In this document: positions 6,487 through 16,702 of the stretch, in pieces
Layout of the letters: the number at the start of each line of letters is the position of its first letter
Numbering within the stretch: the first letter of the stretch is position 1
Position numbers and translations under genes: made by a program
Notes under the pieces: generated by a model
Seen by the model: only the letters and a program-made list of their open reading frames with translations
The model's database searches: none
Told to the model about the DNA's origin: nothing
Assembly: GCA_021811275.1 (NCBI GenBank)
Contig: JAJZPI010000004.1
Span: 106 to 64,105 of the forward strand
Direction of reading: 5' to 3'
Origin: Deltaproteobacteria bacterium
GTDB taxonomy: Bacteria; Desulfobacterota; Desulfarculia; Desulfarculales; Desulfarculaceae
DNA: 64,000 bases

Positions 6487-9444
6487 ATGCCCAAGAAGTA
6501 TCATGTTGAGGTCCAACCGACCACGCCGCGCTTCGCGCCGGTGCCCAAGATTTCCTCCCTGGAGGCGGAGGGCTGCCTGGGTTGCCTGAAGTGCGTCAAG
6601 CGCACCGCTTGCGTCTATAACGTCTACAAGAAGCACGAGTTCGACGCCGAACAGGCGGTGGACTCCACCGACGTGGGCTGCATCAGCTGCATGCGCTGCG
6701 TGCAGGAATGCAAGAAGGGCATCCTGCTCAGGGCCCGGAACCCCCAGTTCGACCGCATGGGCGATGACTATTGGCGGCCCGACATCATCGCCACTCTCTG
6801 GAAGCAGGCCGAGACCGGCAAGATCCCGGTCTCCGGCGCGGGCTATCGCGGGGCCTTTTGCGGTCCCGGCTTCGACCAGATGTGGACGGACATGAGTGAG
6901 ATCGTCCGTCCCACCCGCGACGGCATTCACGGCCGCGAGTACATCAGCACCGTGGTGGAGCTGGGCCGGCGGCCCGAGCGCCTGGCCTTCGACGAGGCCG
7001 GCGACCTGACCGTGGAGATCCCGCCCTACCGCGAGATTCCCCTGCCCATCGTCTTCGACATCCCCCGCAAAGGCAAGATGGGGGCCTCCACCCGCCGGGC
7101 CATGGCCCGGGCGGCCATCCAGGCCGGAACCTTGTGCGTGGCCACCCGGGAGGAGGCCGAGGGCATCCTCTCCGAGTTCCGCCCCAGCCTTATCGTCAAG
7201 ATGCTCGAGGCCCCGGCCGACGTCGCGGCACTCAAGAACCTGGCCATGGTCGAGCTGCCCTGGTCCGATCAGGTCTCCCAGCAGATCAAGCGCATCAAGG
7301 CCTTGCGGCCCGAGCTGATAACCAGCGTGCGCCTGCCCCTGGACGAGCAGTCGGCCAGCCACGCCACCCGCCTGGCCCGCGAAGGCGCGGAGGTCATCCA
7401 TCTGCTGGCCGGCTACCACGGCCAGGGCTTCGGCCAGCGCAAGGACACCTTCCTGAACAAGCTCTTGCGGGAGGTCCACCTGAAGCTGGTGGACAGCTCC
7501 CTGCGCGACCAGGTCACGCTGCTGGCCGGCGGGGGGGTGGCCATGGCCGAGCACGTGGCCAAAGCCATCATCAGCGGCGCCGACGCCGTGAGCCTGGGCG
7601 CGGCCCTGAACGTGGGCCTGGAGTGCCGGCTCTGCGGCAACTGCGAACAGGGCGCCTCCTGCCCGGTGGATCTGGAGCACGCTCCCGAGGACTGGGGCGT
7701 GAGTCGCCTGATGAACCTGATCGGGGCCTTCCATTCCCAGATCATCGAGCTGATGGGCGCCATGGGCCTGCGCGAGGTGCGCCGGCTGCGCGGCGAGGTG
7801 GGTCGGGCCATGCTCTTCGACGACCTGGAGCGCATGAGCTTCGCCCCCATCTTCGGCCAACGCGTGGCCTCCGGCCAGGGACGGCCCATGCCCGCGCCGG
7901 AGCTTTCCTACGACTCCAACCGCGAGTTCGACCTTTTGAAGGGTCTGGTCAAGCCCAGCCGCTCGCGCTATCGCAACCCCCTGACCAAGTTCCGGGTGGA
8001 GCGTACGAGCGCATGCATCGCCTGCGGCAAGTGCGCCGAGGTCTGCGGCTTCGGGGTGCACGTAAAGGGCGGCAATGCCATGCTGGCTCCCCGCTCGCGC
8101 TTCTGCCTGGGCGACGAATACTGCTCGGCCCGGGGGGCCTACTGTGTGACCAGCTGCCCGGCCGACGCCCTGCGCGTGGGCGAGAACCCCGCCTGGGGCA
8201 CCTTCGGCGACAAGCGCTGGACCGCCGACCTGCTGGCCGCCACCTGGGAGCAGGCCGAGACCGGCCGTCCCCCCGAGGGCGGCCTGGAATACCGCACCGG
8301 CGATTCCGGAGGCGGCTTCGACCGCATCGACTTCGCGTTCCCGGCCAAGCCTGACGCGTCCTTCAAACCCGAGGACGTGGACATGCGCGTGCCCTTGAAC
8401 CGCCGGCGCGACGAGGCCCGCCCGCCGGTGGAGATCAGCTGGCCCATCTACGGCGGCGGCATGAGCTTCGGATCGGTCAGCCAGGCCACCATGGTCAGCC
8501 GCGCCAAGGCATACACCACCATGAACTCGTTCACCTGCACCGGCGAGGGAGGCTTCCCCGACGCCTTACAGGAGTATGACGAACACGTCATCACCCAGGT
8601 GGCCACGGGACTCTTCGGCGTGCGCGAGGAGACCATCCAGCGCGTGCGCATCGTCGAGTTCAAGTACGCGCAGGGGGCCAAGCCCGGCCTGGGCGGCCAC
8701 CTCCTGGGCGACAAGGTCACGCCCGAAGTGGCGCGTATGCGCGAGGCCATGGTGGGCAGCGCGCTCTTCTCGCCCTTCCCCTTCCACTCGGTCTACTCGG
8801 TGGAGGACCACAAGAAGCACGTGGACTGGATCAAGATGGTTAATCCGCGCGCCCTGGTTTCGGTGAAGGTCTCCACCCCGGTGGACGTGGACATGGTGGC
8901 CGTGGGCAGCTTCTACGCCGGGGCGCACATCGTGCATCTGGACGGCTCCTACGGCGGCACCGGCGCGGCACCGGACATCGCCAAAAAGAACATCGCCATG
9001 CCCATCGAGTACGCCATCCCCCTGGTGCACCGCTTCCTGACCCAGGAGGGCATCCGCGATCAGATCACCTTGGTGGCCAGCGGCGGCCTGCGCTCGGCCT
9101 GGGACGTGGCCAAGGCCATCGCCCTTGGCGCTGACGTGATCGTCATCGGCACCGCCGACATGATAGCCCTGGAGTGCATCCGCTGCGCCAACTGCGAATC
9201 GGGCCGGGGCTGCCCCCGGGGCATCGCCACCACCGACAGCGAGCTGGCCCTGGCCTACGACGTGGCCTGGGGCTCCCAGCGCCTGATCAACCTCTACAAC
9301 TCCTGGGCCATCCAGCTGCAAACCATCTGCTGGCGCCTGGGACTCAAGAGCGTGCGCGACCTGGTGGGACGCGGCGACCTGCTGACCCACCTGGATTACG
9401 ACAAGCCCGTTGACCCCAAGGCCGACAAGCGCCAGGGTCACTAG
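6487..9444 (+). CDS. Glutamate synthase-type FMN (GltB domain 2) protein: two [ferredoxin + TIM-barrel] modules, only the C-terminal one intact
   Basis: The ORF opens at a TTG at 6478 and the first ATG is at 6487. The C-terminal half carries hallmark GltS FMN-domain motifs (FKYAQGAKPGLGGHL, HLDGSYGGTGAAP, ASGGLRS). There are two 2x[4Fe-4S]-type Cys motifs. Confidence 0.85.
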   Translation: MPKKYHVEVQPTTPRFAPVPKISSLEAEGCLGCLKCVKRTACVYNVYKKHEFDAEQAVDSTDVGCISCMRCVQECKKGILLRARNPQFDRMGDDYWRPDIIATLWKQAETGKIPVSGAGYRGAFCGPGFDQMWTDMSEIVRPTRDGIHGREYISTVVELGRRPERLAFDEAGDLTVEIPPYREIPLPIVFDIPRKGKMGASTRRAMARAAIQAGTLCVATREEAEGILSEFRPSLIVKMLEAPADVAALKNLAMVELPWSDQVSQQIKRIKALRPELITSVRLPLDEQSASHATRLAREGAEVIHLLAGYHGQGFGQRKDTFLNKLLREVHLKLVDSSLRDQVTLLAGGGVAMAEHVAKAIISGADAVSLGAALNVGLECRLCGNCEQGASCPVDLEHAPEDWGVSRLMNLIGAFHSQIIELMGAMGLREVRRLRGEVGRAMLFDDLERMSFAPIFGQRVASGQGRPMPAPELSYDSNREFDLLKGLVKPSRSRYRNPLTKFRVERTSACIACGKCAEVCGFGVHVKGGNAMLAPRSRFCLGDEYCSARGAYCVTSCPADALRVGENPAWGTFGDKRWTADLLAATWEQAETGRPPEGGLEYRTGDSGGGFDRIDFAFPAKPDASFKPEDVDMRVPLNRRRDEARPPVEISWPIYGGGMSFGSVSQATMVSRAKAYTTMNSFTCTGEGGFPDALQEYDEHVITQVATGLFGVREETIQRVRIVEFKYAQGAKPGLGGHLLGDKVTPEVARMREAMVGSALFSPFPFHSVYSVEDHKKHVDWIKMVNPRALVSVKVSTPVDVDMVAVGSFYAGAHIVHLDGSYGGTGAAPDIAKKNIAMPIEYAIPLVHRFLTQEGIRDQITLVASGGLRSAWDVAKAIALGADVIVIGTADMIALECIRCANCESGRGCPRGIATTDSELALAYDVAWGSQRLINLYNSWAIQLQTICWRLGLKSVRDLVGRGDLLTHLDYDKPVDPKADKRQGH

Positions 9445-9465
9445 GCAAGCGAGAGGAAGGCATTC

Positions 9466-12129
9466 GTGGCTCGGCAAGCAACAGCAAATAGCAGTCCCTC
9501 CCGCCGCCAGCGGCGGGAGATGCAAGACATAACCCAGGCCATCCTGGACTATAGGCGCGAGCGTCTGGCCCGGCTCCCGCGCATCCCCCTGCAAAAATCC
9601 GCCGAGGAGGGCGGCTGCGGGGTGGTGGGCTTCGCCGCCAGCGTGCCCGTGCGCGGCCGCCACATCTTCGAGCCCTCGATCCAGATGCACAACCGCGGCA
9701 ACGGCAAGGGAGGCGGCATCGCCGCGGCCGGGCTGGTGCCCGAGCAGCTGGGAGTGGACGCCGCCACCCTGCGCGACGACTACATCCTGCAAATCGCGCT
9801 CCTGGACGCCTCGGCCGAGGCCGAGGTGGAAAAGGCCTGCGTGGCTCCCTTCCTGGAAATCCACCACAAAGCCCCCATCACCCCCCAGGCCGACTGGCGC
9901 GAGCTGGGCCTGGACGTTCGGCCGCCGGACGTGGCGCGCTATTTCGTGCGGGTCAAGAAGGACGCCCTGGACGCCTTCGCCGCCGAAAGCAAGATGGAGA
10001 CATTCCCCCGCCGTGAGGTTGAGGATGAGTTCATCCTGCAAAACAGCCTGAAGATAAACCGCGCCTACTACACCTCCCTGGGCGACAAGCGGGCCTTCGT
10101 CATGAGCCACGCCCGCGACCTGGTTATCCTTAAGATCGTCGGCTACGCCGAGCAGGTGGTGCAGTACTACGGCATGGACGACTTCAAGGCCCATATGTGG
10201 ATCGCCCACCAGCGCTATCCCACCAAGGGCCGCGTCTGGCACCCCGGCGGCAGCCATCCCTTCATCGGCATGAACGAAGCCCTGGTGCACAACGGCGACT
10301 TCGCCAACTACTACAGCGTCTCCGAGTACCTGCGCCAGCACGGCATCGAGACGCAGTTCCTGACCGACACCGAGGTCTCGGTGCAGCTCTTCGACCTCTG
10401 GCGGAGGGTCTACAAGTACCCCCTGGAGTACGTAATCGAGGCCATGGCCCCCACCACCGAGCTGGACTTCGACCGTCTGCCGGGAGCCAAGCAAAAGGTA
10501 TACAAGGCCCTTCAGGCCCAGCACATCCACGGCTCGCCCGACGGCCCCTGGTTTTTCATCATCGCCAGCAGCGAGCCGGACCAGGGCAGATACCAGCTTC
10601 TGGGCATCACCGACACCGCCATGCTCAGGCCGCAGGTCTTCGCTCTCATGGAGGGCGATGTGACCATCGGCCTGGTGGGCTCGGAAAAGCAAGCCATCGA
10701 CGCCACCCTGCGCACCCTGAACGAGGAGGACCCCCGCTTCCGCCGGGTGGCCGACCGCTATTGGAACGCTCGCGGCGGCAGCTCCACCGACGGCGGGGCC
10801 TTCATCTTCACCGTGCAGCGCCAGGGCGAGGGCCACACCTTGACCGTGGCCGACAAGTTCGGCCAGGCCATCGTCACTCCCGCCGGCGATTACAAGGTGG
10901 ACGAAGCCCAGGCTCCGTCCGTCCCGGCCCGTCCCGCCGGTCTGGCCGAGGCCCTGGCCAAGGGCCGCGAGGGCCAGGCCATGGGCGTCTTCAGCCAGGT
11001 GGCAGCCTCCCTGGCCTCCTGGAACTTCACCAACCTGCGCTGGTTCCTGGACCAGGCGCGGGCCCTTGGCCGGCGCGACGATCAGGGCCTGGCCTTCGCC
11101 TTGGAGCTTCTGACCCTCTTGAACGACCTGCGCTACGATTGCGGCCGGATGCGCCGCAGCCAGGTGCTGGTCATGATCCGCGACGCCATAAACGCCCTCC
11201 TGGACTCGACTCCGGCCATCGCGGACAAGGCAGGCCGGCGCTACGCCCGTATCGACTGGGACACCAAAGCCGACCTGCGCGCTCCTGTGGGAGCCGAGGA
11301 CACCCTCGTGGTCTGGGCGCGCCAATTCACGCCCGAAGGCGACGGCTGCGACTCCGTCCTGGAGGTGGCGGCCTACAATCTGGGCTGGCGGCGGTTCATC
11401 GTCTACGGCCTCAAGGGCCAGCGCTTCCACGGCTGCGGTTTGGGCGTGGACACCAAGGGCGTGCGCATCGACGTCTTTGGCAGCTCCGGCGACTACCTGG
11501 CCTCGGGCATCGACGGCCTGACCATCGCGGTCCACGGCAACGCCCAGGACCAGCTCGGCCAGATCATGAAGCAGGGCCGGCTGGTCGTCTACGGCGACGT
11601 GGGCCAGACCTTCATGTACGGGGCCAAGGGCGGCGAGGTCTACATCATGGGCAACGGCGCGGGCCGCCCGCTGATCAACGCCGTGGGCCGCCCTCGGGTG
11701 ATCATCAACGGCACCTGCCTGGACTTCCTGGCCGAGTCCTTCATGGCCGGCGACCCCTTAAACGGCGGCGGCTTCGTCATTCTGAACGGTGTCGCCTTCG
11801 ACGACCAGGGCCGGGTGCAACCCCTGGCCATGCCCTACCCCGGCAGCAACCTCTTCTCCCTGGCCTCCGGCGGCGCCATCTACGTGCGCGACCCGCATCG
11901 CCAGCTGGTGGACCAGCAGCTCAACGGAGGCCAGTACCTGGAGCTGACCGAGGATGACTGGAATCTCATCCTGCCCTATCTCAAGGCCAACGAGGAGCTT
12001 TTCGGCATCTCGGTGGAAAACGATCTCCTGATGGTGGACGGCAAGAAGCGATCGCCCCTGGAGGTCTACCGCAAGGTCGGCCCCAAGAAGCTGGCCGTGC
12101 TGGCCAAGCAGGAGGCCTTGCCCGAGTAG
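9466..12129 (+). CDS. Glutamate synthase amidotransferase (GltB domain 1, class II Ntn) fused to GXGXG (GltB domain 3) module
   Basis: 887-aa ORF with GTG start and a GAGAGGAAGG RBS. It has a GGCGVVGF Ntn-Cys motif near residue 51. The C-terminus carries GXGXG-repeat beta-helix motifs (VFGSSGDYLASG, VHGNAQDQLG, VYGDVGQTFMYG, IMGNGAGRP). Confidence 0.85.
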   Translation: MARQATANSSPSRRQRREMQDITQAILDYRRERLARLPRIPLQKSAEEGGCGVVGFAASVPVRGRHIFEPSIQMHNRGNGKGGGIAAAGLVPEQLGVDAATLRDDYILQIALLDASAEAEVEKACVAPFLEIHHKAPITPQADWRELGLDVRPPDVARYFVRVKKDALDAFAAESKMETFPRREVEDEFILQNSLKINRAYYTSLGDKRAFVMSHARDLVILKIVGYAEQVVQYYGMDDFKAHMWIAHQRYPTKGRVWHPGGSHPFIGMNEALVHNGDFANYYSVSEYLRQHGIETQFLTDTEVSVQLFDLWRRVYKYPLEYVIEAMAPTTELDFDRLPGAKQKVYKALQAQHIHGSPDGPWFFIIASSEPDQGRYQLLGITDTAMLRPQVFALMEGDVTIGLVGSEKQAIDATLRTLNEEDPRFRRVADRYWNARGGSSTDGGAFIFTVQRQGEGHTLTVADKFGQAIVTPAGDYKVDEAQAPSVPARPAGLAEALAKGREGQAMGVFSQVAASLASWNFTNLRWFLDQARALGRRDDQGLAFALELLTLLNDLRYDCGRMRRSQVLVMIRDAINALLDSTPAIADKAGRRYARIDWDTKADLRAPVGAEDTLVVWARQFTPEGDGCDSVLEVAAYNLGWRRFIVYGLKGQRFHGCGLGVDTKGVRIDVFGSSGDYLASGIDGLTIAVHGNAQDQLGQIMKQGRLVVYGDVGQTFMYGAKGGEVYIMGNGAGRPLINAVGRPRVIINGTCLDFLAESFMAGDPLNGGGFVILNGVAFDDQGRVQPLAMPYPGSNLFSLASGGAIYVRDPHRQLVDQQLNGGQYLELTEDDWNLILPYLKANEELFGISVENDLLMVDGKKRSPLEVYRKVGPKKLAVLAKQEALPE

Positions 12130-12138
12130 TTCAGCGCC

Positions 12139-12167
12139 GGCGCGCCCCCCAATCCGGGGGGCGCGCC
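12139..12167 (+). terminator. 12-bp GC hairpin (GGCGCGCCCCCC-aatcc-GGGGGGCGCGCC) after the glutamate synthase genes
   Basis: Perfect inverted repeat read directly. There is no T-tract, so its terminator function is uncertain. Confidence 0.4.
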
Positions 12168-12231
12168 GCCCCCGCGGGGCGCTGGCCGCGCAATCATCTG
12201 AAAAATAAGTCAAGTTTCGGCATCGGCTGGA

Positions 12232-12246
12232 GGGCGATCACGTTGC
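12232..12246 (+). promoter_or_regulatory. Weak candidate sigma-54 promoter (gGGCGA-N5-TTGC) upstream of the NifA-like gene
   Basis: GG at 12233-12234 and GC at 12245-12246 have the canonical GG-N10-GC spacing. The flanking consensus bases are poor. Confidence 0.3.
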
Positions 12247-12319
12247 CTCGCCCCCTACCCCCTGGTATGATTTATAAATAATAATTACAGCCAGGTAATA
12301 TTCATCCCCGAGGAAACCC

Positions 12320-13882
<1,563 letters not shown>

Positions 13883-14012
13883 GCTTAATTCCCATTACTT
13901 ACCCCTTGGTAACAATCATCACCCCGCTTCCGGGCGGGGCCGCCTTGGATCGCTCCTGTATTGTAATTTATTATTAACCTATTACACCCAACAGGCACCA
14001 GTTCGTCCCCGC

Positions 14013-14027
14013 TGGCACGCACCTTGC
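14013..14027 (+). promoter_or_regulatory. Sigma-54 (-24/-12) promoter TGGCAC-GCACC-TTGC
   Basis: Exact match to the TGGCAC-N5-TTGC consensus, about 110 nt upstream of the porin start codon. Confidence 0.8.
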
Positions 14028-14135
14028 CCTGGAACATGGCGCAAGGGCGGCGTCACCGCCCCCGACAAGTCTTAGCTGCGGCCGGGATGGGCCTGGACGT
14101 GGGCGCGACGGGACGAACACGATAGCGAGGCACTA

Positions 14136-14891
14136 ATGAAGAAGCTGGTTGCATTCCTGTTGGTAATGACGACCCTGCTGTTGGGCGCCTCCGCCGCCTT
14201 GGCGGAGGACAAGGACGCGGGCTGGAAGGTGGACGCGGCGGCGGCCTACAACAGCAAGTACATCTGGCGCGGCATCATGCAGGTCGACGATCCGGTGCTG
14301 CAGCCCTCTCTCAACTTGAACAAGGGCGGCTTCACCTTCAACGTGTGGGGCAGCTACGACCTCACCGACAAGAACGGCCACAAGAACAACTTCACCGAGA
14401 TCGACCTCACCGCCGAGTACGCCTTTTCCGTCGGCGACTTTTCGTTCCCGGTGGGCGTGATCAACTACCAGTTTCCCAACACCGCCTTCAACTCCACCAC
14501 CGAGATCTACGCGGGCGCGAGCTACAGTTGGCTCATCACCCCCACCTTCAAGCTGTACCAAGACATCGACGAGTCCCACGGCCAGTACGCCAACCTGGCC
14601 CTGGCCTACACCCTGGACCTGCCCGCTCCGGCGGCCGACGTGACCTGGGGCCTGGCCCTGGGCCTGGCCGGAGGCTGGGGTTCCAAGGACAACAACAAGT
14701 ACTACTGGGGCGTGGACGAGGACATGCTCACCGATACCATGGCCACCATCGGCCTGCCGGTGAAGATCAAGGACTTCATCACCATCACCCCGGCCTACAG
14801 CCATGTTTGGCTCATGGACAGCAAGGTCAAGGATGTGGCCGGCTACGACGACAAGGGTTTCTTCGGTGTGACTCTGAGCGTGTCCTTCTAG
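14136..14891 (+). CDS. TorF/Gcw_chp-family putative outer-membrane beta-barrel porin
   Basis: 251-aa ORF with a signal peptide (LLLGASAALA), an alternating beta-strand pattern, the YNSKYIWRG motif and a C-terminal aromatic residue (F). Confidence 0.7.
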   Translation: MKKLVAFLLVMTTLLLGASAALAEDKDAGWKVDAAAAYNSKYIWRGIMQVDDPVLQPSLNLNKGGFTFNVWGSYDLTDKNGHKNNFTEIDLTAEYAFSVGDFSFPVGVINYQFPNTAFNSTTEIYAGASYSWLITPTFKLYQDIDESHGQYANLALAYTLDLPAPAADVTWGLALGLAGGWGSKDNNKYYWGVDEDMLTDTMATIGLPVKIKDFITITPAYSHVWLMDSKVKDVAGYDDKGFFGVTLSVSF

Positions 14892-15064
14892 GAGCCTCGA
14901 ACACCCCGCCGGGGCCCGGACCGACAATGCCGGCCGGGTCCCGGCTCATCAGGAGGAAGTTGACGTGCGCAGCCTACCGCATGGTATGATAACAAGAACA
15001 CAAACATTCGGTTCAGTAGGTTTGACAAGCCCCCTCAATCGCTTGTTAATTATTATTCATTTAA

Positions 15065-15077
15065 TATCAACATATTG
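15065..15077 (+). promoter_or_regulatory. IHF-consensus site TATCAACATATTG (WATCAANNNNTTR) upstream of the glnA -24/-12 promoter
   Basis: Pattern match read directly. Its position just upstream of the sigma-54 promoter fits DNA-bending-assisted activation. Confidence 0.4.
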
Positions 15078-15093
15078 GCAATGTTGCGGGATT

Positions 15094-15108
15094 TGGCGCA
15101 AAAATTGC
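15094..15108 (+). promoter_or_regulatory. Sigma-54 (-24/-12) promoter TGGCGC-AAAAA-TTGC upstream of glnA
   Basis: GG-N10-GC spacing is correct and there is one mismatch to TGGCAC. It lies 119 nt upstream of the glnA ATG. Confidence 0.75.
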
Positions 15109-15226
15109 CTGTAGGTTAGCGAACGACGTTTTTGTAGATCGCCGTCCCGGCCCTTTTGGAGATCGGCATCATGCGGATGGCGGCAAGCCAGGACAGCCCA
15201 AACTGTACTCAAGGAGGTTTTCAAGT

Positions 15227-16555
15227 ATGGCACCGTTGACCAAAGAAGGCGTTCTCAAAGCGGTAAAGGACAACAATATCAAGTTCATCCGCCTTTGGTT
15301 CACCGACATCCTGGGCTTTTTGAAGAGCTTCGCCATCAGCCCCAACGAGCTTGAGGGCGCCTTCGATGAGGGCATGGGCTTCGACGGCTCCTCCATCCAG
15401 GGCTTCTGCCGCATCGACGAGTCCGACATGGTGGCCAAGCCCGACGCCTCCACCTTCACCCTGCTCCCTTGGCGTCCGGTCGAAGGCGGCGTGGCCCGCA
15501 TGTTCTGCGACATCATGAACCCCGACGGCACCCCCTACGCCGGCGACCCTCGTTACGTGCTCAAGCGCAACCTGGAAAAGGCCGCCAAGCTGGGCTACGC
15601 CTGCTACATGGGCCCGGAGTTGGAGTTCTTCTACTTCAAGAACAGCCAGGGCACCGAGTTCCTGGACCGCGGCGGATATTTCGACCTGACTCCCCTGGAC
15701 GTGGCCAGCGACCTTCGCCGCGACACCATCCTGGCGCTTGAGAAGATGGGCATCCCGGTGGAATACAGCCACCACGAGGTGGCGCCCAGCCAGCACGAGA
15801 TCGACCTGCGCTACCAGGACGCCCTCAAGATGGCCGACGCCGCCATGACCTACCGCCTGACCGTCAAAGAGATCGCCATGAAGCACGGCGTCTACGCCAC
15901 CTTCATGCCCAAGCCCGTCTTCGGCCAGAACGGCAGCGGCATGCACGTGCACCAGTCGCTGTTCAAGGGCAAGAGGAACGCCTTCTTCAACGCCAAGGAC
16001 GTCTATAGCCTCTCCGACGATGGCAAGCACTACATCGCCGGCCTTTTGAGGCATGCCCCGGAGATCAGCTCCATCGTGGCCCAGTGGGTCAACTCCTACA
16101 AGCGCCTGGTCCCCGGCTACGAGGCCCCCGCCTATATCGCCTGGGCCCGCCGCAACCGTTCCTGCCTGGTGCGCGTGCCCATGTACAAGCCCGGCAAGGA
16201 AGCCGCCACCCGCTGCGAGCTGCGCTGCCCCGACCCCTCCTGCAACCCCTACCTGGCCTTCGCCGCCATGCTGGCCGCCGGCCTCAAGGGCATCGAGGAA
16301 AAGTACCCCCTGCCGGCCCCCATCGAGGAGGACATCTTCGAGATGGGTCCCAAGGAGCTGAAGAAGCACAAGATCGGCTCCCTGCCCGGCAGCCTGGGCG
16401 AGGCCGTGGAGATCACCGCCAAGAGCGCGCTGGTCAAGGACTGCCTGGGCGACCACGTCTTCGAGCAGTTCGTCGACAACAAGCGCATCGAGTGGGACCA
16501 GTTCCGTCTGCACGTCAGCCAGTGGGAGCTGGACCGCTACCTGCCCATCCTGTAA
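15227..16555 (+). CDS. glnA: Glutamine synthetase, type I-alpha
   Basis: 442-aa ORF with an AAGGAGG RBS and GS beta-grasp and catalytic motifs (FTDILGFLKSF, GFDGSSIQGF, MGPELEFF, SGMHVHQS). The expected adenylylation Tyr motif is absent. Confidence 0.92.
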   Translation: MAPLTKEGVLKAVKDNNIKFIRLWFTDILGFLKSFAISPNELEGAFDEGMGFDGSSIQGFCRIDESDMVAKPDASTFTLLPWRPVEGGVARMFCDIMNPDGTPYAGDPRYVLKRNLEKAAKLGYACYMGPELEFFYFKNSQGTEFLDRGGYFDLTPLDVASDLRRDTILALEKMGIPVEYSHHEVAPSQHEIDLRYQDALKMADAAMTYRLTVKEIAMKHGVYATFMPKPVFGQNGSGMHVHQSLFKGKRNAFFNAKDVYSLSDDGKHYIAGLLRHAPEISSIVAQWVNSYKRLVPGYEAPAYIAWARRNRSCLVRVPMYKPGKEAATRCELRCPDPSCNPYLAFAAMLAAGLKGIEEKYPLPAPIEEDIFEMGPKELKKHKIGSLPGSLGEAVEITAKSALVKDCLGDHVFEQFVDNKRIEWDQFRLHVSQWELDRYLPIL

Positions 16556-16575
16556 ATTCTTCCATCTCCTTGCGC

Positions 16576-16607
16576 GCCGGCGGGGTTCGCCCCGCCGGCA
16601 TTTTTTT
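16576..16607 (+). terminator. Rho-independent terminator after glnA
   Basis: GCCGGCGGGG-ttcg-CCCCGCCGGC stem followed by a run of seven T residues. Confidence 0.85.
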
Positions 16608-16702
16608 GCCCGCCCGAGCCCCGCCGCTCTTCCGCTGGAGGCGCTTCTGGGTTATAAACCAGCCTCAACCCTTTGCGCCGATAAGGCGCGCGAGGAACGG
16701 CC

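Noticed and set aside
8566-11535. 989-aa ORF on the minus strand, and similar long antisense ORFs such as 6469-8061, 1804-2817, 5403-6344, 16084-17775, 38570-39850, 48433-49938, 53337-54794 and 59384-60481
   Set aside because: They lie antisense to, or in the wrong frame over, genes with clear family motifs. Their translations are low-complexity Gly/Ala/Arg/Pro/His-rich strings typical of shadow ORFs in high-GC DNA.
13951-13990. Classical NifA UAS (TGT-N10-ACA) upstream of the porin promoter
   Set aside because: No TGT...ACA pair with 10-nt spacing could be found in the AT-rich box. Only TGT-N19-ACA occurs.
15076-15088. TTGGCAATGTTGC read as a second -24/-12 promoter for glnA
   Set aside because: The GG-GC spacing is far too short for sigma-54. 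It is kept only as a possible operator half-site match (see findings).
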